Translations under genes and position numbers: made by a program | From: Octopus vulgaris | Lineage: Eukaryota | DNA length: 64,000 nt | Reading direction: 5' to 3' | Assembly (NCBI GenBank): GCA_951406725.2 | Contig: OX597815.1 | Span: 86,862,001-86,926,000, forward strand | Shown here: piece by piece, positions 56,750 to 64,000 of the stretch | Layout: each line of letters opens with the position of its first letter | Position numbering within the stretch: position 1 is the stretch's first letter | The notes under the pieces: generated by a model | What the model was told of the DNA's origin: nothing | Seen by the model: only the letters and a program-made list of their open reading frames with translations | Databases searched by the model: none

Positions 56750-57432
56750 TTCAAGAAGCCAAACTGACAGAAATTGCAAAGCGCCGCTGAACGAATCTTT
56801 TGGGAACCTCTTAGTCTTTTTCTTTTAGGTTCTGAACTCAAATCTTACCAGTATCGGTAAATACTAAGTACTAGTCGCATACAAGAGTTAATTCAATCTA
56901 CTGTACTTTTCATTATTATTATTATTATCATTAAAAGGTGTAGAGTGTTAAATATACTTAACATGATTTATTATTATGCTTAAGGATAAGGCGAAATGGC
57001 AGAATTGTTAGCACGCCGGAAAAAATGCTTTACTGTATTTCTTGCAGTTTTACGTTCTGAGTTCAAACGCCACCGTGGCCGACTTTGCCTATCATCCTCT
57101 CGAAGTCGATAAAATAAGTACCAGTTGAGCACTGATGTCGATGTAATCGACTAGCACCTTTCCCCAAGGTTTAAAGTTTCAGGCATTATGCCTATAATAG
57201 AAAGAATTATTTTATCCTTAAGGATACGGCGGTAAACTGGTAGAATTGTTACCGTGCCGAACAAAGTGTTTTACGACATTTCGTCCTTCTTTGCGCTCGG
57301 CGCTCAAGTCCCACTGAATTTAACTTTACCTTTCATCCTTTCAGAGTCGGTCAAGTATTGGGAGACGATAGAATCGACTTGCTTCCTCCCTTCAAAATTG
57401 CTGGCCTTCTGCCAAAATTAGAAAGAATTATT
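56750..57432 (+). mobile_element. Head-to-tail array of ~3 SINEs next to the upstream exon's donor
   Basis: Repeated GCAGAATTGTTA...GTTCAAA...CCTTTCATCCT..GAGTCG...ATCGACT...GAAAGAATTATTTT units. Confidence 0.75.
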
Positions 57433-57592
57433 TTGTTTTAAGACAGTTCAAATCTAAGGCACCAGTGAAGTAGAAGAGCTGATGGCATCGACTAAACTCC
57501 TCTCCTCGAATTTACTAGCTTCGTCTCTAAATCTGAAAAACTTTTAATTTGTTTTAGGAGCTTGATTGTGAAGTAAGCATGCAAGTACTTAC

Positions 57593-57715
57593 CAGTGCCT
57601 CCAAACGCACCCCCTGTGGCTTTATACAGTTCCCGCAACAAACCACTGCTTTCTAGCTCATGAACAGTAATGTCAACTGTGCCTCCGCCGCAATCCACCA
57701 CCATATACCTCATAC
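57593..57715 (-). CDS. HSPA12A: Internal coding exon of HSPA12A/B-like Hsp70 (phosphate-2 loop)
   Basis: Encodes (G)[40 protein letters not shown](G), matching HSPA12 YVVVDSGGGTVDLTVH...[10 protein letters not shown]. The acceptor is TTTTTCAG (ends 57716) and the donor is GTAAGT (57592-57587). Length 123 nt, phase 1/1. It joins the next exon as G|GA ATC GAC (GID). Confidence 0.93.
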
Positions 57716-57940
57716 CTGAAAAATGACAAAATTTATTTTACATATCACACAGAAAAGGACCAAATATAAATGCAGGCATATAAATTATTTGCTCATATAT
57801 ATATATATGCGCATACAGAAGCACATACATACATACATACATACATACATACATACATACATACATACATACATACATACATACATGATAGATCGGTAGC
57901 CACTACACACATTTATTTCTCTCCTTGTTTCTTTGTGTTC

Positions 57941-57976
57941 CTTTCTGTGGAAGAGCGTAGGCTCGAAACGTTCAAG
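57941..57976 (+). ncRNA. Degenerate hammerhead-like motif in a PLE-type repeat
   Basis: cttt-CTGTGGA-a-GAGC-gtag-GCTC-GAAA-CG-TT-caag has a perfect 4-bp stem II and an ACGT palindrome, but the core differs from CUGANGA at A6. Confidence 0.4.
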
Positions 57977-58548
57977 ACTTTTTCAATTCCCGAACGTTAT
58001 ACTAATACATCTGTTTGTTTTCTACACCACCTCTCTTCGTCTTTTGGGGTTTTTTTCGTGAATTCTCTACATATATAACATACATACATACTCTAAAATT
58101 GTATTCAGTCCTCTCTCTTCTAGAGCTAGTCATAATTATTATTATATACAAACTTGTTATCAGTTCAAATACTTGTACGATGAAGGGAATATCATAAGAG
58201 AGGTACAGTCTCTCGTATCAGCTCCCAGCTCCACCTTGTCTGTTTTCTGTGACTGAAGAGCAGATAACTACACCAAAATGCATACGACCAACAGTCTAGT
58301 CAGGTGACGCTGCGAGCTGATTCAGTGTATTTACACCGATTTGTCAACAACGAGAAATTTTCTCCATGACGAAATATAGTGAATGGCTTTCTTACAGTTC
58401 GAATAGGTAAACAAGTTTGTATTTATGCACATCACTGCTTAGCGCTATCACCTGATATTCTAGTATTATGTACGTGAAGGTGGGGGTTAAGTTAACTGGT
58501 GCAAATCGGTGGTGCGTCAAAAAATATAGTTTAGCTCTTTGATAAATA

Positions 58549-59720
58549 TATCAGATTGAGTAAAGAGGAGGCAACGTTTTGAACCATGAAGAATTCGTAC
58601 CGGATTTTTGCAGTTTTGAATTTTATAAAAAAAATTGTCTGATAATACAGATATAGACTTGCCCAAATGCATCATTAAATTAACATTGCTATTTTTTCAC
58701 CGTTGTTACAATCATCTGAAATGGAACTGTCAAAGTGCGATATTCGAGCAATGACCAGAGAGTGGTTTACATGATTTCGCAGAGAAGACCTAAGCCTTGA
58801 AGATCGTGAGCGTAGTGGACGCCCATCTGTCATCGATGACGGTGAATTAAGGACCGTCATTGAGAATGATCCACGTAAAACCACTCGAGAATTGACAAAA
58901 GAACTTCAAGTTAGTCAGGAAATTCCTTGCAACCATTTGCATGCGATCGGAAAATAAAAAAAAGCTCGACAAATCGGTACCACACGATTTGAATGCAAAT
59001 CAGAAAATGCGCAGATATGAAATTTGCTCATTGCTTCTTCTTCGTAATCAGACCGACTTCTTTCTCGGCCGTATTGAAAAGTGGATTCTGTACAATAATA
59101 AAAAAAACATTCTTCGCAGTGGTTTGCCCACAATGAAGCACCGAAAACCTTCCCTAAACCCGAGCTTTTTAAAAAAAGGTTATGGTGATTGTTTGGTAAT
59201 GTACCGCTGGACTGATCCACTATAACTTCTTAAAACGCAGAAACCATTACTGCAGAAACATATTGCCATGAAATTGCCAATATGAACGAAAAACTGCTAC
59301 TACTCCGTTCAAGACTGGTCAACAGAAGAGGACCAACCATTCGTCATGACAATGCTCGACCACACGTTTCACTAATGACGCTCCGGAAGTTGAGGGAACT
59401 TGGTTACGAAGTTCTTCCCCACCGACCTTATTCCCCAGACCTTTCTCCTACCGATTACCACTTTTTCAAGTATCTTGATGGTTTCCTGCTAGATAAGGAG
59501 TTCAAAAATCAAACCAATCCTGAAAGTGCGTTCAAAGAGTCCATCAGCTCCAGAACTCCAAATTGTTATGTTACCAGAATATACAAACTTGTAACTCATT
59601 GGAAACAAATGGGTTAATTGTAATGAAACTTACTTTGATGAATAAAATTTCCGCATGGTTGAAATATACTGTGATGAATTTCATGTTTCAAAACGTCGCT
59701 TACTTTTTCTTTATCGAGGG
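58549..59720 (+). mobile_element. Decayed mariner transposon (D,D34D type, Hsmar1/cecropia-like)
   Basis: Frameshifted transposase: LEDRERSGRPS, SVPHDL (WVPHEL), EKWILYNN, HDNARPH, HRPYSPDLSPTDYHFF. Imperfect TIRs GCAACGTTTTGAACCATGAA / TTCATGTTTCAAAACGTCGC. Confidence 0.9.
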
Positions 59721-60851
59721 AATTATTAATTCAGGTTTATATGATCAGATAAAATTCCTGAAGGCTTTAATCTAATGATTGAAATTAGTGAAATAATAAA
59801 ATAATAACCCCAAAACATAAGGGATTTTTATAATCGGGGCAATAGCTTACCGGGAATTAAATCCGAACATGCCATGTCCATATTGATGACCTCGGGACTT
59901 TTTTTATTTGGCGATGTTAAAGGATGCAATGTAGGAGTATCCGGTACCAATTGATAGAGTCTCAACTTTCTGCAGTATATTGAAGCGGCTTCCGGTTCCA
60001 GAGCTATAATAAGTTGTTCAGGGTTCGATGGTGATGCAATCCCGGCCTGAAGATTAAACGAAAAATATTCAAAACAATTATGACAATAGCAATGTCACAC
60101 CATCATTAAAAACATCAACAACAAAAGCAATCACTCAATGCTTATACCACTTTTCAGAACCAAACTTTAATGTCAATGGGTATCCTGTGAAAGGCTATCT
60201 ATTGAAATAATAAAATATTTAACAACACTGAGGCTTTGACTCCTAAATTATCAGCTAAACTGAGTATGAAATTTTTAAAGTATGAAGTTTTCATTTTCGC
60301 CATCCGGGAATGTCTAGTAATTTCACTGACAGCGCATGTTAGTTATAAACCCTACCTGTTCTTCAAAGCACTTGATCAAGTTGCAAGGTGAATGTTTATG
60401 TCAGCAGTGCACTTTAACATAAAAAGTCGTTAATTATACATTATTCTGCTCCTTATAATGGCCAGTTCTACCTAATTTGAAGGATATATTACAGCAATGA
60501 GAAATGGACTATGGAAGTTAAGAGACATTGCAAGCGACACTAAATAGTCGACAGCTGGTGTAAGCCAACAAAATATATGTTGGCAAACCCATGAACGATG
60601 CATGCTTACATGTATTTACATTTCTATATGTGTATGTATGTATGTATGTATGTATGTATGTATGTATGAATGTAAGTATGTATGCATGTATATATAGTAT
60701 GTATGTATTTATATTTTGTATATTACATACAGAACTATGCAGCACGGCATCACTCAAGTATGCATACATAAATACATGTTTGTATACATCGTTATGTGTG
60801 TGTATGTATCTGTATGCATATATGTATACACACGTATATATATCTACGTAA

Positions 60852-60912
<61 letters not shown>

Positions 60913-61452
60913 AGCATATAAACATATATATGCTAACATATAAACATATATGTATAGAAATACATATGTATGTATATTTGTATATGTGCATGTAAATACG
61001 TGTGTGTGTGTGTGTACATTTTGACATAAGTGTGTATATATATGTATGTATGTGTTTATATTCTGGTATGAATTTACATTATATTTCTAATACCAGTGGT
61101 TTCAGGCTGGCGAATTAACCAGCAATCTATTATTTAAGAGCTAACAATATATACTGGTTGTGTCAACAATCTGTCAAACTATAGAAAAGGAATGGCAAAT
61201 GTGCTTGAGTCATGGAGAGAGAGGGAGAGAGAGAAAGAAGGAATTAAGAGAGCTTCAAAAGAATGTTGCTAGCACGTGCACACATACAAATACACTCTCA
61301 TACATACAAAAGCTATTGGCGCACATGCAAAAGGCAATTAGCTACATATGTGTATGTATGTGAGGGAGTAATGGGATATGATTATGAACTCACGCCATTA
61401 GCGATCGTAGGTGCGTATCAGTACGTGTACTGAACCAGTAGCGTTTGCTTGC

Positions 61453-61521
<69 letters not shown>

Positions 61522-62328
61522 TACACAATTTATCTGACTATTTGATGCAAGCGTCCTATAGCTAATCATTCAAGATTGAATATTTATCAATCTATTCTAT
61601 TAGTTATACATTGATTTCAAATTTTGGCATAAGTTACAACTGGTACTTATTTTATCAACTCTGAAAGGATGAAATGCAAAGTCGACCTCTGCAAAATTCG
61701 AACTCGGAAATTAAGGTCGGAAGAAATGCCGCTAAACATTTTGTTCGGCGTGCTAACGTTTCTACCAGCCCACTGCCTACTCTGTTTGAGCTTTATAACC
61801 TTGTTCCTAACTTCATTCATAAAATGTATCGTGGATAAAGTGTTTTCCCAAATATCTATATATTACAGCTGTTTCTAACTTTGTTCGTAAAATATCTGTA
61901 ACGACATATCCTGGGTACTATTTTTACCAAATATATATTAAATGTGTTTTAGATTATATTATTAATTGAAACGAAGTTTGGTGTTTTTAGGACATACAGC
62001 ACAAAGGCGAGAATTGAATCGCAGGAGGAAGTGAAGATGCAAGAAACGATTGGGGAATGGGCCAAGAGAAAAATGAAAATTCGAAATAAAGAACGGAAAT
62101 GAGGAAAGACTAGAAGACTTAATTCAGGAGGGAAGGAAAGAAATTCATGCAAGAAATGAAGCTAGGTGTCGTATGAGAAACGACAAAGCTGGAGCTAATA
62201 AGGAAAGGATACGAATTGTTAATCAAGGACGTGAATGATGATGATAAGCAAAAACATTTTGTACAAGTCAGAATGAGAAAACGAGCCTCAAGAGATAACC
62301 GAAGAGAATAAACAAGATTTATTAGAAA

Positions 62329-62841
62329 CTAGCAGTATCGCCCGGCGTTGCTCGGGTTTGTAAGGGAAATAACTATATAAGCAATTTTAGAGAGTTACTT
62401 CCCTTATAGATGCCAATTCGGGCTTTCTTAGCCATTTCTGTTTTGGTGTCTTCAAGCCATGAAGTCGTTGTTCTAAAAGAACGCTGGTCTCCTTGACAAC
62501 GCTTTACGACGTTGATTTCCTTACACTCCCTTCCCCAGAGCTTCACGAGGGAGGAAAGAAAGGGGAGAAGCAAATAGGTGCAGGTGTGACCATGGACGCC
62601 AACTCCGCCGCCATCGACACACGAAAAATTATGCATTAAAATGGAATAAAAACTGATGTTAAATTATGTTTTAAATCGTAGACTCATCGTAGACGCGCGC
62701 TAATACTCAGACGGCCTCGATATGAATCACGACTATAAGATACCCGAATTTGGTTAAACTGCACCACAAAATGTGGGAGTAGTTAGGAATCTAAATCGAA
62801 GGGGACAGACACTCACGCAACTACAGTTTTATATATATAGA
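62329..62841 (-). mobile_element. Non-autonomous Helitron (513 bp)
   Basis: The minus strand starts A|TCTATATATATAAAACTG and ends with the hairpin CCCGAGCAACGCCGGG, 8 nt, then CTAG|T. It sits between A and T with no target-site duplication, which are canonical Helitron termini. Confidence 0.85.
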
Positions 62842-63530
62842 TTAACCAAAGCATTATGAAAGAATTGACAAAGTGGAGAATATTTATGGCTGACACTGTA
62901 CCATGAAAATGGGCCGTGGAATTAATGTGGGCACTGCCACTTCTAAATCAGGAACAAGAAAATTTAACACACCGCCGGTATGGTTGACAAAAATGAGGGG
63001 TGAGATCACATGCGAGATGCGGTCTCGATAATCATCTTTTTAAAGAAACGCACACATCATTTAGGACACATCATACAGGTAGTCCAGGGAAGAAGGTAAA
63101 TAACATAGCCGGAAACGCCCTAATTCAGAGTTTCATTACAAACAATCAGTAGACGGTTTGACATCAGCTGTTTCTCTAAAGAAGCGACTGACTTGCATTG
63201 CATAAGTAGACTCGGTCATGCAAGAGTTATAGTAGGAAGAATCACACATCATGTATGTCCTCAAAGATGCAAAGCTATTTTTCCCGCCTAATGATGATTG
63301 CATCTTTAAAAGGAAAGTTTTTATTTGAAATTAGAAGAGTGTTAAGGTGGTGACGAGACTGATGAAATGGAGGGAAATGGTATCAGAGTAGATGAGTTGA
63401 GAGGAGTGGGGCTACTTGCATTAACTTACGTATTTGAATGACAGCCCCTTACTTAAAGAAATAGCTTTTATTTACATTATTTACATAATTTACATTTGAC
63501 GGATATTTGTCCTCATCTAGTTTGTTGTTA

Positions 63531-63574
63531 ACATAACGTTTCGGCTGATATACCCTCCAGCCTTCATCAGGTGT
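63531..63574 (-). ncRNA. Minimal type I hammerhead ribozyme motif (PLE-type)
   Basis: Minus strand: acac-CTGATGA-a-GGCTG-gagggtatat-CAGCC-GAAA-CG-TT-atgt. It has an intact core, a 5-bp stem II and a palindromic ACGT stem III. Stem I has one mismatch next to the cleavage site. Confidence 0.6.
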
Positions 63575-63639
63575 GTTGGGGAAATTTTGAACCTAGGTTC
63601 TCATTCCTAAGGTGTTTTTCGATATTATTATTATTATTA

Positions 63640-63699
<60 letters not shown>

Positions 63700-64000
63700 T
63701 TTAAAAAAGGATTGACGTAACCTTTCACAAAGGTAAACAGTCAAGACAAAGAGCGCGATTCGATTGTAATAGATATTTTATTAGTTGGACGATATTTCAA
63801 CAGTAAGTCTCTCTTTGTCAAGTTCAAAATAAGAAGTGATAACAATTCAAAATTACAGAAATTTAAACGTAAAGTATGAACGAGAGCAACCAGCGTCCAC
63901 ATGTTGCCCTTTCTGATTCATATTTGAATGGTACGAAATCCATGGGCCCAGGAATGGAAAATCGTAATGTAAATTACAGATTTTGCGTTTTATTCCTTCT

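Noticed and set aside
59860-60000. Possible Tc1-like transposase C-terminal remnant (P.DFFIW..KD...PVP)
   Set aside because: Short and degenerate, and I found no TIRs.

Overview
AT-rich, microsatellite-dense animal genomic DNA. The repeat landscape resembles octopus/coleoid cephalopod, which is my inference rather than a database result. The only host-gene sequence I can support is two consecutive coding exons of an HSPA12A/B-type atypical Hsp70 on the minus strand (57593-57715 and 20802-21004). They splice in frame across a 36,588-bp GT-AG intron, and I found no flanking exons, so most of the window is probably intronic. The rest is mobile-element debris: RTE, R4/Dong, CR1-type and Tx1/L1 non-LTR retrotransposons, Penelope-like element (PLE) remnants, a decayed mariner plus a mariner MITE, a non-autonomous Helitron and many tRNA-derived SINEs. 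The most interesting signals are: (i) two independent Tx1-like insertions, both embedded in (GATA)n arrays with the same tail-less 3' junction, suggesting a tetranucleotide-targeting retrotransposon; (ii) several minimal hammerhead-ribozyme motifs, including a ~300-bp hairpin with one in each arm; (iii) a cluster of long inverted repeats around one exon; (iv) a locally templated insertion with a ~32-bp flanking duplication; (v) SINE/LINE tail sharing and chimeras. Most ORFs in the supplied track are microsatellite artefacts.
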